From IMG/VR virus record IMGVR_UViG_3300049255_000541: a stretch of DNA of 64,000 nt, one strand, 5' to 3'. Position 1 is the stretch's first letter; each line of letters opens with the position of its first letter. The position numbers and the translations under genes are program-made. Origin of the DNA: a virus. Shown piece by piece: positions 29,112 through 38,147 of the stretch. The notes below the pieces were generated by a model. It saw only the letters and a list, made by a program, of their open reading frames with translations, did no database searches and was not told where the DNA came from.

Positions 29112-29422
29112 CCGTGTTCACCCGGATCCGCAGGCACACCGAGTCGGAGCAACCCGGACATCGTGGCTGCCCAGCCTCCCGCGTGGTCTACGTGCAGTGA
29201 GGTGTATTCCCGCCAGTGCATGACTTCGAAACCGCCCAAATATCCTGTCAAGTTTCCCTCGCCGCCCACTGTGGCGTTCCACCGCTCGAGCACAGGGGCG
29301 GACGCCATAGCCTCTGGGGAAGGCCCATCGTGCGCCAAGATATCCTCAATCATCAAGACGATTTCCTCGAGCCAAGTCGCAGTCGCTTTGAGGTGGGTTA
29401 CCGTCCGATCATCGATCGGCAT
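29108..29422 (-). CDS. DUF6634-like protein (diverged paralog)
   Basis: GPSPEAMASAPVLERW...GGWAATMSGLLRLG parallels the neighbouring gene. Confidence 0.6.
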   Translation of the reverse strand: MPIDDRTVTHLKATATWLEEIVLMIEDILAHDGPSPEAMASAPVLERWNATVGGEGNLTGYLGGFEVMHWREYTSLHVDHAGGWAATMSGLLRLGVPADPGEHG

Positions 29423-29772
29423 CAGAAAAATCCGCCAATTTTCCCGCCTTTCGCTGGTTCGCCTAGGCGATAGACGCGGCTCTCCGTACGTGCCCACCCA
29501 GCACCGTGGTCGATCCCTACAAGCCAGGACGTCGTGATCAGGCGGCCTTCACCGAGCACCGGATGGGTATTCGCGACCCCCAGCAACGCCGCATCCATCC
29601 GAGCATCAACACGCCAACCTGATAGCCACGGGGCTGTCGCCATTTCGGCTTCGGATGGTCTGCCGTTCTCAGCAAGAACCTCGAATTCGGCGGCAATCTT
29701 CCTGTAACGCTCGGCAAGATCCCGCATGCGCAAGCGGAATGCCGCCCGGTTTTCTTCGGTGACGTAAATCAT
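29422..29772 (-). CDS. DUF6634-like protein
   Basis: APWLSGW, HPVLGEGRLITTSWL, GWARTESRVYRLG. Confidence 0.7.
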   Translation of the reverse strand: MIYVTEENRAAFRLRMRDLAERYRKIAAEFEVLAENGRPSEAEMATAPWLSGWRVDARMDAALLGVANTHPVLGEGRLITTSWLVGIDHGAGWARTESRVYRLGEPAKGGKIGGFF

Positions 29773-30428
29773 CGGGGAACTTCCCAGACCTGGGCTTTCC
29801 CCAGTCCACGGAGGATTACCCCGGACGAACAGTCATCTTGGTAATCGCAGTGGTGGTGACCATGCGCATGGTACGTCACACGCATGTCGGCCGCGAGCTT
29901 CCCCAAAGCCTGGAAACCGTGCTTGTGCGGCGGGGCGGACTCGTGTGTGACGAGGATATCCGCACGCTGCCGCGACAGGCGGTCAACGTCATCCGGAAAA
30001 ATGATTTGCTCTACAGTGTTTTTACCGAATTCTCCCAAAGTTCCCTTTGATCTAAGCATTTCCTGACGATTACGGAATTTCGGCTGGTCTTCCTCCGTCC
30101 TGGGGTACCAGACGCGGCCCATGAAAATCCCACCCAGGCCCGCCACGCGCCAGCCGCCGAGTTCAGCCACGTGGCCCGAAATATTCCGTGCGCCGTAGTC
30201 GGCCCATAGCAGGTCGTAACCAAATTCGAGATCGTGATTTCCGGGGATAAAGTAGCATTGGTGACCGGCCGAAATGGCGGGCGCCATGGCAACCCTGTAT
30301 GGCACGACGAGATCGTGGTCACCCAGAGTCACGACGACGCCCGGCGGCAAACGGCATAGTTGGCTGTTGATATCGCGGAAACTCCCGTGCGGATCACCGA
30401 CGAGGTAGAGCGGCAAACGATTGGGCAT
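29769..30428 (-). CDS. Calcineurin-like metallophosphoesterase
   Basis: GDPHG, GDHD, GNHD, THE, HGHHH. Confidence 0.9.
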   Translation of the reverse strand: MPNRLPLYLVGDPHGSFRDINSQLCRLPPGVVVTLGDHDLVVPYRVAMAPAISAGHQCYFIPGNHDLEFGYDLLWADYGARNISGHVAELGGWRVAGLGGIFMGRVWYPRTEEDQPKFRNRQEMLRSKGTLGEFGKNTVEQIIFPDDVDRLSRQRADILVTHESAPPHKHGFQALGKLAADMRVTYHAHGHHHCDYQDDCSSGVILRGLGKAQVWEVPR

Positions 30429-30619
30429 GGTGGAAGACCTCAGGGCAAACGGCTAGCGGCCGCTGGGCGGGGGCCCGGCGGATGGATGGAGTGCTAAGCT
30501 CGTATTTGCTGGGAGGTGCTCATGATGGATTACGAATAACCGGCTGCGCGCCAGGATGCAACTTGAATTCATGCATTCGTGGTCGCTATCTTCATTCCAT
30601 AGGGAAAACGGATTGGACC

Positions 30620-31309
30620 ATGCGGATACCACCAAGCGTGACGGGCCTCCGCTCTGCCGCCCGGTGGGTAGCCGGAGGGGCTTTGCGCCGGCTAACCGGG
30701 CGCCTGGTGTCCGGCGCGGAGCTTCGGGTTTCCACCACCGCGCGGCCTGCCGTATGCCTTACATTCGATGACGGCCCGGACCTTTTGGATGCAGAAATCC
30801 TTGAGGTTCTCCAACGCTACCAAGCTCGCGCCACCTTTTTCGTGCTCGGGGAGGCGATCTGCCGCCACCCGGCGCAGCTGGCCGCGATGGCGGCGGCAGG
30901 CCATGAACTCGGGGTGCATGGCCACAGCCACGCGGCCGTGGACCAAATGTCCGCCAACGAGATCCACCATGAGATCACCGCATGCAGAACGCGGATAGCA
31001 AGGGCGGCGCCCGAGGCCCACCTCAGATGGTATCGGCCTCCGTATGGCAGGATGCGCACCACCGCCGTTGAGGCCGCCCAGCAATCCGGGCTGGAGCCTA
31101 TTCTGTGGACGGTAGACCCGCAAGACTGGCGGCATGCCGTAGAGACGGCTGAGATCACCGACAGGGTGCTGGCGGGCGTCCGGCCCGGTTCGGTGGTTCT
31201 CCTGCACTCCACGTCGGCTGCCACGGCGGCCGCGCTGCCGGGAATCCTGGCAGGGCTGGCGACCAAGGGACTTTCGGCGGTTACCCTATCGGAGTTGGCG
31301 GACGCCTAG
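30620..31309 (+). CDS. Polysaccharide deacetylase (NodB/CE4)
   Basis: LTFDDGP, ATFFVLG, HGHSH, RPPYG, VVLLH. Confidence 0.93.
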   Translation: MRIPPSVTGLRSAARWVAGGALRRLTGRLVSGAELRVSTTARPAVCLTFDDGPDLLDAEILEVLQRYQARATFFVLGEAICRHPAQLAAMAAAGHELGVHGHSHAAVDQMSANEIHHEITACRTRIARAAPEAHLRWYRPPYGRMRTTAVEAAQQSGLEPILWTVDPQDWRHAVETAEITDRVLAGVRPGSVVLLHSTSAATAAALPGILAGLATKGLSAVTLSELADA

Positions 31310-31315
31310 ATGCGG

Positions 31316-31765
31316 TTACGCTGCATCTTTCAAATCGGCCAGCTGGGCGAGCTTTGCAGCCCTTCCGGCTACGGATTTCTCAATCGCTTCGATGAGCGAC
31401 TTCATTACATCCGGAGGGAAACGACACGGCTGACAATCATGACACCAATCCAGGCCGCCGCCTGTTTTCGCTGCGATCTTTCCGTATTTGCCGAAATTAA
31501 CCTGATCAATGTGGATATCCTCGGGATTTTCGCCGCGCCAAAAATACCATTGGCCAACCCCAGTTCCGGTGGCTGCTACCCACGGAGTCCACGCATTTCC
31601 ATCAGGTGGAAAAGCCATGACTTCACTGGGGTAATCCCCAGGCCACCAGTAAGCAACTCCGCTGAACCATATAGCGGGGCGGTGGAATTCGCGCAGTTCC
31701 GGAACGTCGTCTTCTGTGATCCACATGGTACGCCGGGTGGCGCTGATGGCATCTTCGTGGGTCAT
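31316..31765 (-). CDS. Hypothetical Trp-rich protein
   Basis: 149 aa, ATGA overlap with the upstream ORF. Confidence 0.6.
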   Translation of the reverse strand: MTHEDAISATRRTMWITEDDVPELREFHRPAIWFSGVAYWWPGDYPSEVMAFPPDGNAWTPWVAATGTGVGQWYFWRGENPEDIHIDQVNFGKYGKIAAKTGGGLDWCHDCQPCRFPPDVMKSLIEAIEKSVAGRAAKLAQLADLKDAA

Positions 31766-32607
31766 GACGCCCTCCCACTGTAGGATTCCGCGGGCACCGA
31801 CCGGAAAACCTCCAGCCCCGCGAGGTGCGCGTTATCCGGCTGTCTCCGAGACCTCCATGAAACCGGGATGTCGTCATCAGCGCGTTCGGCGACCGCACGG
31901 ACCTTGCGGCCAGACGGCAGGATAATGGTTCCCTCCGCGGTGCTGAAGCCCGCCAGCAGGTCATCCGAGAGAGCATAAAGCAGGCCAAGCAGCCACCTGT
32001 CTTTGCCGCGGCCATCCCGAGACTTGAATACGAGGTGGACCTCTTCTTTCGGCGGTGCACCGGACGCCTCGGCATCGCGGCAGGCCATGATCACCTGCTC
32101 GATGACCTCGGCATCGATGGAGTGCAATAGAGAGGTTTTCCTGGTTTTTCGAGGTTTCCGGCGCTGGCGTTCGGCCGCCAAGACGCACTCGGCAGCCACT
32201 GCAGCATTGTCGGAGAACGCCCCGGCGTAGCGGGCGACCATTTCCCGACCGCGCGCCGATGGACTGACGGTCACCGACGTTTTGGGTTCATTGCTAGACG
32301 CAGTATCGATCTCGAGCAGGCCAAGGGCCTGTGGCAAAGCGAGGGTGTGCGACAGAAGAATCAGGGTTATCGCAGGCTCGTCATCAGCAATGTATTTCGT
32401 GCCCCCCGTGTTCGCGGCCGCCAGGATCTCGGCGAGGCTACCCACGGTCATGCCTGCGTGGTCGCGGGCAATGGTGGCGACCGTCGCGGTCAGGGCCGAA
32501 AGCCACGCCTGCTGGCGGACTTCTTCGATTTGCATTTCCATAACCTCACTCTTTCCGTAACGGCGGCCGCATAGAGCCACGCGCAGCGATGAAACCTGGG
32601 TCATCAT
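31762..32607 (-). CDS. Hypothetical protein
   Basis: 281 aa, TAATG coupling; N-terminal GRRYGKS motif. Confidence 0.55.
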   Translation of the reverse strand: MMTQVSSLRVALCGRRYGKSEVMEMQIEEVRQQAWLSALTATVATIARDHAGMTVGSLAEILAAANTGGTKYIADDEPAITLILLSHTLALPQALGLLEIDTASSNEPKTSVTVSPSARGREMVARYAGAFSDNAAVAAECVLAAERQRRKPRKTRKTSLLHSIDAEVIEQVIMACRDAEASGAPPKEEVHLVFKSRDGRGKDRWLLGLLYALSDDLLAGFSTAEGTIILPSGRKVRAVAERADDDIPVSWRSRRQPDNAHLAGLEVFRSVPAESYSGRAS

Positions 32608-32735
32608 TACCTAGCCCCCAGCAGCACGTGCACGCCATAAGCCGCCGCGCCGGTCGCCGCGGAAACCCATATGAGGATCGCCAACAGCACCCGGTCGTGC
32701 CACTCCATGCGCAGCGCTGATCTCAAGAATTTCAT
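32607..32735 (-). CDS. 42-aa single-TM protein
   Basis: Not in the ORF track; MKFLRSALRMEWHDRVLLAILIWVSAATGAAAYGVHVLLGAR, GGAG RBS, stop overlaps the next start. Confidence 0.55.
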   Translation of the reverse strand: MKFLRSALRMEWHDRVLLAILIWVSAATGAAAYGVHVLLGAR

Positions 32736-32824
32736 CGGACGTGCTCCATCGCTTCCGGCACGCGCTATTATGCGCCCGGGGTTCCGCCAAAATCACGGTT
32801 TACGTAACGACTATTCTTAGAGGT

Positions 32825-33448
32825 TTACCCGGTGTCGTTCCGGCGCGCCGCCGTGCCGGCGGCGCGCCGTCTCTGCTGTGCTTGCCACACTGCCTCTCGG
32901 CTAACCTTCAGTTCTCTGGCGACAGCCGAGATTGACATGCCAGAGTCCAGCAACTCCCACGCGTCCCTCACGCGCTGAGAGGTTTTCCTCGATGGCTGCT
33001 CTCCGCGGTAATTCCTGCGTATCTTGTAGATGGCCTGCCGCTCAACGCCGTGCCTCCGGCCGATCTCGGCAAGCGACAGACCGCTGTCGAGATCGGCCAG
33101 AACTTTGCGGTGATTACATTTCCGGCCCTTGGGTTCCCGGCCTAGCTTTCTGCTGCGGGCCGCGATCTGCTGCTCAATCCTCATCGTGGATTCTCGGCGC
33201 GCTTCGGCCGCGGGGAGTGCCTGCAGTAGCCTTGCTTCGGCTACCATCACGTCTCCCGGGGCGTACGCCATCCGACGTACGCCCAGCCGGGCGCTGATAT
33301 CATCGAGGCGTTTAGCCTCCGGGGCGTATTTCTCGAGCGCATGATATACCGATGCTGGCGGGACTTTCTGACGGCGCGCCAAGTCAGGCACGGACAGGCC
33401 TCGGCAGTGCACGGCAGTCCAAACCTCGGCGGGATGCATCGTCAGCAT
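32825..33448 (-). CDS. Multi-HTH DNA-binding protein
   Basis: Three HTH-like segments (VPDLARRQKV, LAEIGRRHGVERQAI, ISAVARELKVSREAV). Confidence 0.75.
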   Translation of the reverse strand: MLTMHPAEVWTAVHCRGLSVPDLARRQKVPPASVYHALEKYAPEAKRLDDISARLGVRRMAYAPGDVMVAEARLLQALPAAEARRESTMRIEQQIAARSRKLGREPKGRKCNHRKVLADLDSGLSLAEIGRRHGVERQAIYKIRRNYRGEQPSRKTSQRVRDAWELLDSGMSISAVARELKVSREAVWQAQQRRRAAGTAARRNDTG

Positions 33449-33589
33449 CGTCGAACTCCGTTCTTCTTGATTGAAATCGTCCGGTGGATTTAATTTGCCG
33501 TCAACCGGGTTTATTTTCTCGCGGAGGTCTTGCTTTCAAAAGCATTCCATGTGCGTTTTCTTGTTGGCAAACCTAAATAGTTGACAAGA

Positions 33590-34027
33590 TCACGCCAAAG
33601 CAGCGGCGTTTACCGCCATCGCGCGGCGGGCCACCTGGCTGACGCGCGTTGGCGAAACTCCGAGGCGTTCCGCTACAGACCTACAGCTTTCGCCAGCGTG
33701 GACGGCGGCAGCGGCGGCTCCGTGGTCGAATACGCGGCTCAAGCAGCCTATTCTGCAGTTCTCCGGAACCTGCATCGCCGAGCGCTCTGCAGATCTCCGC
33801 GTTGGCCTCCCGGTGATCGATTGCCAGTCCCTTTCTTTCGCAATCGGCGCGTGCCTGGCGAGCAGTTCGAAAATCGCGGGCGGCTTCACGGCGTGGCGGC
33901 GGGCAAGATCATGGACCGGTGTGCCCATGTTGTGCACAAGGTGCCAGACTTCCGAGGGTTCCAAGTTGAGCATTTCGGTATCATCCTTACACATGTACAT
34001 GTCGTCGGGTTTACAGTTCGGCGGCAT
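33590..34027 (-). CDS. Multi-HTH protein, paralog of 32825-33448
   Basis: EPSEVWHLVHNMGTPVHDLARRHAVKPPAI aligns with HPAEVWTAVHCRGLSVPDLARRQKVPPASV; second HTH VAERLGVSPTRVSQ. Confidence 0.7.
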   Translation of the reverse strand: MPPNCKPDDMYMCKDDTEMLNLEPSEVWHLVHNMGTPVHDLARRHAVKPPAIFELLARHAPIAKERDWQSITGRPTRRSAERSAMQVPENCRIGCLSRVFDHGAAAAAVHAGESCRSVAERLGVSPTRVSQVARRAMAVNAAALA

Positions 34028-34206
34028 TACAGACCGTAGAATACCCCGGCCACCGCCGCGCCAAAGGCGGCCATTGCAAGGGATACGAATGCCAACGGCC
34101 CGGCGGCATCCGTCCGGCATGTGGCGGCGACAAAAAGCGTGAAGGCCGCCGCGAGAAAAAAGACGCCGGATCCCGTGATTGCCAAGATATCGAATACAAG
34201 ATCCAT
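34027..34206 (-). CDS. 59-aa two-TM membrane protein
   Basis: GGAGGAGG RBS; two hydrophobic helices; TAATG coupling. Confidence 0.65.
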   Translation of the reverse strand: MDLVFDILAITGSGVFFLAAAFTLFVAATCRTDAAGPLAFVSLAMAAFGAAVAGVFYGL

Positions 34207-34244
34207 TTGGTCCTCCTCCCGCGTCCGGGTTCCTGCAGCCACTT

Positions 34245-34619
34245 TCATGGAACCCACTCCGAAAACATCTCGAGCCCAACTGCGAAAGCGATAGATCGAC
34301 CATCATCATCGCGGCGTTCGAAAACCAACCTCTCGTAGGGCTGCATGCGCCCTCGCTGGGTGACCCAACGGACGGCCGCGACAACCACCGGTCGCCTTCT
34401 AGGCAGGCATCCGGCTTCCGCCAGCCGTCGGATTTCCGCCCTGGCTTCGGTTTCACACGCGTCGGAGATCGGGGTGCACGCGTAGATCTCGTGAGAGCCG
34501 AAGATGATCACATGAGTAGGCGGGATGAGATCCGGGGGTATTCCTTCCGCAAATCGCCTGCCGCGGCCAACGGCATCGTGGTCACCTGTGCGACCGATCG
34601 GCGTCCTCGCGTTTTCCAT
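34245..34619 (-). CDS. Hypothetical protein
   Basis: 124 aa, downstream of a promoter-family match at 34671-34726. Confidence 0.5.
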   Translation of the reverse strand: MENARTPIGRTGDHDAVGRGRRFAEGIPPDLIPPTHVIIFGSHEIYACTPISDACETEARAEIRRLAEAGCLPRRRPVVVAAVRWVTQRGRMQPYERLVFERRDDDGRSIAFAVGLEMFSEWVP

Positions 34620-34670
34620 TGTCGGATCCCCCGGGTCGGTGCCTGCTTCGCAAGTCTTTTGGAATCACGA

Positions 34671-34726
34671 TTATGCGCGCGGCGGACGCAAAACCACAAG
34701 GAAATCGCAACAACTATTTTGTGGAC
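34671..34726 (-). promoter_or_regulatory. Promoter-family member
   Basis: GTCCAC-N18-TCCTTGTGG-N17-GCATAA. Confidence 0.55.
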
Positions 34727-35084
34727 ACAAAGGGCAGATCGGTTGCGATATTCCTCAGGATCGCCGTATAATTCTTGCGGATACTCCGTCCAAATTGCCC
34801 GCTGGGCACAACTTATGGCCGTCCTGGGCAACTGGGGCGGCCATCTTTTTGCTGGTCGCCACTTACCGATGGATGGCCTGGGTTATGATCTCGAGTCCGC
34901 AGAAGTGGAATATCTCGCTCCGGTGGAGGCGCCGGACCCGCAGTGCACCGTCATGAGGACCTTGGGCAAGCCCGGCGTGGGCGATGGCGATTTGGCCGCA
35001 TCCCGCGGCCGCCGTCGCTGTGCCGGCCGAACCGAAGGATCCCGAAAAGTAATTTTGCGGGCTACCCAGATTTCTTGCATGGAA

Positions 35085-35116
35085 CCCTTGCGGTGGAGAC
35101 AGTCGGAATCCTACCT
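35085..35116 (+). promoter_or_regulatory. Promoter-family member
   Basis: CCCTTGCGG-N17-CTACCT. Confidence 0.65.
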
Positions 35117-35161
35117 CATATATGGTCAGCCACAAAGGCGGACGGGAAACGGAGGATGACG

Positions 35162-35476
35162 ATGGAAAACAACAGCGCCGCAGAAACGGAGCGCTTCCTG
35201 AGTATGTGGAAGCCAATGACGGCGGAGGATTTTGGCTACTCTAAAGCGCCAGCGATGACTGCGTCCTCCATGAAGGACGCTGACGTGACCCTACAAGTGA
35301 AATCGGCTGACCGTGATTGGTTGGTTTCCGAATTCGCGGATGCGATCGCCGAATGCATGAATACGGCAGAGCTTTACGAAGCGGAAAACGCACAGCATGC
35401 GGAGCACCTCCGGCACCGTGCCGCCGTCATAGATCGCTTCATCGACATCCTTATGGTGGGCCGGATGAACGACTAA
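35162..35476 (+). CDS. Small acidic early protein
   Basis: GGAGG RBS, own promoter; MENNSAAETERF... Confidence 0.7.
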   Translation: MENNSAAETERFLSMWKPMTAEDFGYSKAPAMTASSMKDADVTLQVKSADRDWLVSEFADAIAECMNTAELYEAENAQHAEHLRHRAAVIDRFIDILMVGRMND

Positions 35477-35561
35477 AGCACCGACGTGCACCACCGCATT
35501 ACACGGCCGCCCGGCACACCGCCGCGGCGGCCGATTTATTTTTAGGGAAACATGCAAGGCA

Positions 35562-35593
35562 CTCTGGCGCCCGACCGGGCACGGTGACTACCT
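35562..35593 (+). promoter_or_regulatory. Promoter-family member (diverged -35)
   Basis: CTCTGGCGC-N17-CTACCT. Confidence 0.45.
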
Positions 35594-35641
35594 CAATCCT
35601 AGACGTCGGATAACCGACGCAGGAGATGGGGTGATCCGACG

Positions 35642-35947
35642 ATGTGCAAGCGGTGTTCGACGGCGACCATGGGACGCGATGTTTTCCGGGAGCCTTGGCA
35701 TTCCTCGGCTTTACGAGAGACCTGGCGGGCGGAGCTGGCGGTCTACAGAACCTGCCTGGTTTGCGGCCGGTTCGGCGTGGCGTCCGACCTAGGGCTGGTG
35801 GACAGCTGGTTTGAGGCGGCTCCCGAGTGGCTCGATGAAGCCCTAGAGGCTTGGGGTGATCGGCTGGCGGCGGAGGATTGCTGCGTCGATGTGGCGCAGG
35901 CCGCGTATTATCGGGCGGCGCACGAACACCAGACGGCAGGCGCATGA
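35642..35947 (+). CDS. Small Zn-binding protein (CxxC...CxxC), paralog of 38565-38891
   Basis: CKRC...VFREPW...ELAVYRTCLVCGRFG. Confidence 0.7.
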   Translation: MCKRCSTATMGRDVFREPWHSSALRETWRAELAVYRTCLVCGRFGVASDLGLVDSWFEAAPEWLDEALEAWGDRLAAEDCCVDVAQAAYYRAAHEHQTAGA

Positions 35948-35962
35948 ACCTCAGGCGGCTTA

Positions 35963-36178
35963 TCACTGGGTGAGATCGGGGATTTCTTCTCGGTAGTAGA
36001 TCACCCGGTCTTCCTGCTGACCCTTTGCGGCTGCCATCAGAGCTTCGATGGATTCATATCGGACCAATGGCATACTCTGCATGGCTTTTGCCCAGCGGTA
36101 GACGGACAGTGCCCGGCGGGCACTGGCGCGGCGGGCATCGACATCACTCCGGTCCGATGATGTCATGGTGGTCTCCAT
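35963..36178 (-). CDS. Hypothetical protein
   Basis: 71-aa ORF. Confidence 0.5.
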   Translation of the reverse strand: METTMTSSDRSDVDARRASARRALSVYRWAKAMQSMPLVRYESIEALMAAAKGQQEDRVIYYREEIPDLTQ

Positions 36179-36232
36179 GGGCAGGGGCGGGGAGCCGGGA
36201 AGGCCGCGCCGCCGGCGCGGCCCTGGGGGTGA

Positions 36233-36679
36233 TCAGGCAGCCTTCGGGGTAGCCGCGGAGCTGCAGGTGTCTCGGGGCTCCGGAACCAAGCGGATCTCCA
36301 GGCTGTCGCGGGTGTGCCGAACCATTTTGCGGTAACCACTCTGCGGCGACTCAAGACGTGTGGTGCCGTCCGGCTGGGCGACTGACACGAACTCTTGGGC
36401 CCAGCCTTCCTCACCACTCAAAAAGTGGAATGTCTCTCCTGCACGGGGATACACCGGTAGCGGCGTGATCTCCGCTGCCACCGCGAATTTGCCCACGACA
36501 TTGAGGCCCACGGCGGAGACCAGGAGGCAGCCATCGGGCAAAAGAGCGGCGATCTCGGCAGCCTCCAGACGGTGTGCAGCGTTTATGAGGGTACGCACGC
36601 CATACATCTCTGGCAGGTCCAAAGGCACGATCAGGCTGTATGCGATCTTCTGACCGAAATTTAAGGGGATGCTCGTCAT
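36233..36679 (-). CDS. Hypothetical protein
   Basis: GGAG RBS, 148 aa, hairpin downstream. Confidence 0.6.
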   Translation of the reverse strand: MTSIPLNFGQKIAYSLIVPLDLPEMYGVRTLINAAHRLEAAEIAALLPDGCLLVSAVGLNVVGKFAVAAEITPLPVYPRAGETFHFLSGEEGWAQEFVSVAQPDGTTRLESPQSGYRKMVRHTRDSLEIRLVPEPRDTCSSAATPKAA

Positions 36680-36905
36680 GGGGTTCTCCGGATAATTCGG
36701 ACGCCCGCAGGCGCCGTGGATACCCAGAGTCTATACCCGCCAGCTTAGGGAAATCACCGTTTACAGACGCCCCGGATTATCCGCGGGAATGCTAGTTATC
36801 GCTGGTAATCCTAGGGGGGCACCATAGAAACCTGGCTTTCTTTCGTCGAATTGGAGATCATGTTCTTAGGCTCTGCCTCGAGGTGTTCCGCATGGGCGCC
36901 GCAGG

Positions 36906-36942
36906 GAGGCCCGCTTTAATCGGCGGGCCTCTTTTGTTTTTT
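36906..36942 (+). terminator. Strong intrinsic terminator with no annotated plus-strand gene upstream
   Basis: GAGGCCCGC-N8-GCGGGCCTC followed by TTTTGTTTTTT. Confidence 0.8.
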
Positions 36943-36985
36943 GGGGGCCACCGCCGCGCCGCCGGCACGGCCTGGGGTGACCCGT

Positions 36986-37024
36986 AAGAACAGAGAAGGC
37001 CGCCCGGGTGAAGGGCGGCCTCTC
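36986..37024 (-). terminator. Intrinsic terminator for 37077-37595
   Basis: GGCCGCCC/GGGCGGCC stem followed by TTCTCTGTTCTT on the minus strand. Confidence 0.65.
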
Positions 37025-37076
37025 GGTAGTCGTGGGATCCAGCCTGCCGGTCAAGAGGTGGCGACGAGGTCTATGC

Positions 37077-37595
37077 CTAGACCGCCAGCGTTTCGGCGCG
37101 CGCCGCATCGTCTTTCGGGCCCTGTACGCGCAGGTAGGTATCAACAAGCGCTTTAGCCATATCAATGGCCAAAGGGTCTTTCACCGACTCGTAAATCTTA
37201 ACCCATGGAGCTTCATCGCACAGGTTTTCGGTGTAGATGCTCAAGGCATTTTCAGCCGTCCAGCCTTCGTGGTGGCTGACCCTGTTGACTACCGCATTGT
37301 CGCGTATCCCATCAATGACGTGGTCGGCTATGATGCCAGCACGATCGGAAGTATTTTCGGAGTGCTGGTATTGGCGGCGAATCTGCAGGTCGTCTTCACT
37401 CCATTCTGCAGATTTCAGAGCATAGTGAAGCTCGTCGATAACCGCTTCACGGAAATCCTCGTAATCGACGCCATTCCATCCCGCGACAACGAGATCTCCA
37501 AGGGCGGCATAGAGGGTAGCTTCCAAAGGAACGCTGTTGCCTCGACCTGCACCAATCATCCGGGGGTCTTCACGTGTTGTCATTTTGATCTCCAT
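37077..37595 (-). CDS. Acidic early protein
   Basis: 172 aa, D/E-rich, own promoter and terminator. Confidence 0.75.
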   Translation of the reverse strand: MEIKMTTREDPRMIGAGRGNSVPLEATLYAALGDLVVAGWNGVDYEDFREAVIDELHYALKSAEWSEDDLQIRRQYQHSENTSDRAGIIADHVIDGIRDNAVVNRVSHHEGWTAENALSIYTENLCDEAPWVKIYESVKDPLAIDMAKALVDTYLRVQGPKDDAARAETLAV

Positions 37596-37627
37596 CTCTT
37601 CCGCCGGAGGATCCCGGCTTACAATCG

Positions 37628-37683
37628 AGATAGTTAATCTCGCTCGAAAGCCGCAAGGGGTCCAGCGAATTTATTCGGTTGAC
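37628..37683 (-). promoter_or_regulatory. Promoter-family member
   Basis: GTCAAC-N18-CCCTTGCGG-N17-CTATCT. Confidence 0.7.
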
Positions 37684-37798
37684 TTAAACTTCTTTCTGAA
37701 TTCCACAACGATGTTGTCAACTATTTGCCCGAAAGAATTCCGGTTGACACAGGTATTTTCGCGAGTGATCCTGGCATACCGAAATAAGGATTACTGTC

Positions 37799-37954
37799 AT
37801 GACGAGTGCAGTCCACGAATCTAAAGCGGAGAGCGATGACGTGCCGTGCGGCGTGTGCGGCTGGACACTCCGCGAGATCAGAGCGGAGCCGGACTTTGAG
37901 TGCTGGTGTAACAGGAAGCCGAAGGTCGAGATCATATCTGCACCAGCCGGGTGA
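37799..37954 (+). CDS. 51-aa Cys-containing protein
   Basis: Not in the ORF track; AAGGA RBS; MTSAVHESKAESDDVPCGVCGWTLREIRAEPDFECWCNRKPKVEIISAPAG; TTGACA upstream. Confidence 0.5.
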   Translation: MTSAVHESKAESDDVPCGVCGWTLREIRAEPDFECWCNRKPKVEIISAPAG

Positions 37955-38046
37955 CCTGGATGGGCCGCCGAGGATGATTTCCGCGGCAGCCCTTTCTGAT
38001 TGCGGCGGCACACCGCCGGTCCTGAAGGTTCCCCGCCGTTCATTGC

Positions 38047-38102
38047 GTAAACAAAATAAATCTGCAGCAGCCCTTGCGGCCCGCTTTTCGGAAAACCTAT
38101 CT
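38047..38102 (+). promoter_or_regulatory. Promoter-family member
   Basis: GTAAAC-N18-CCCTTGCGG-N17-CTATCT. Confidence 0.7.
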
Positions 38103-38147
38103 GTTTTCTAAGAGCGCCGCGGTGGCGCCAGGAAAGCGGATAGCATT

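Noticed and set aside
34179-35159. 326-aa plus-strand ORF
   Set aside because: Overlaps minus-strand genes and two promoters and has low-information composition; a TTGCGA-N18-TATAAT match near 34743-34772 leaves a short plus-strand product possible but unsupported
36749-36824. tRNA gene ending in CACCA
   Set aside because: No cloverleaf and no GTTC T-loop; only a single long hairpin
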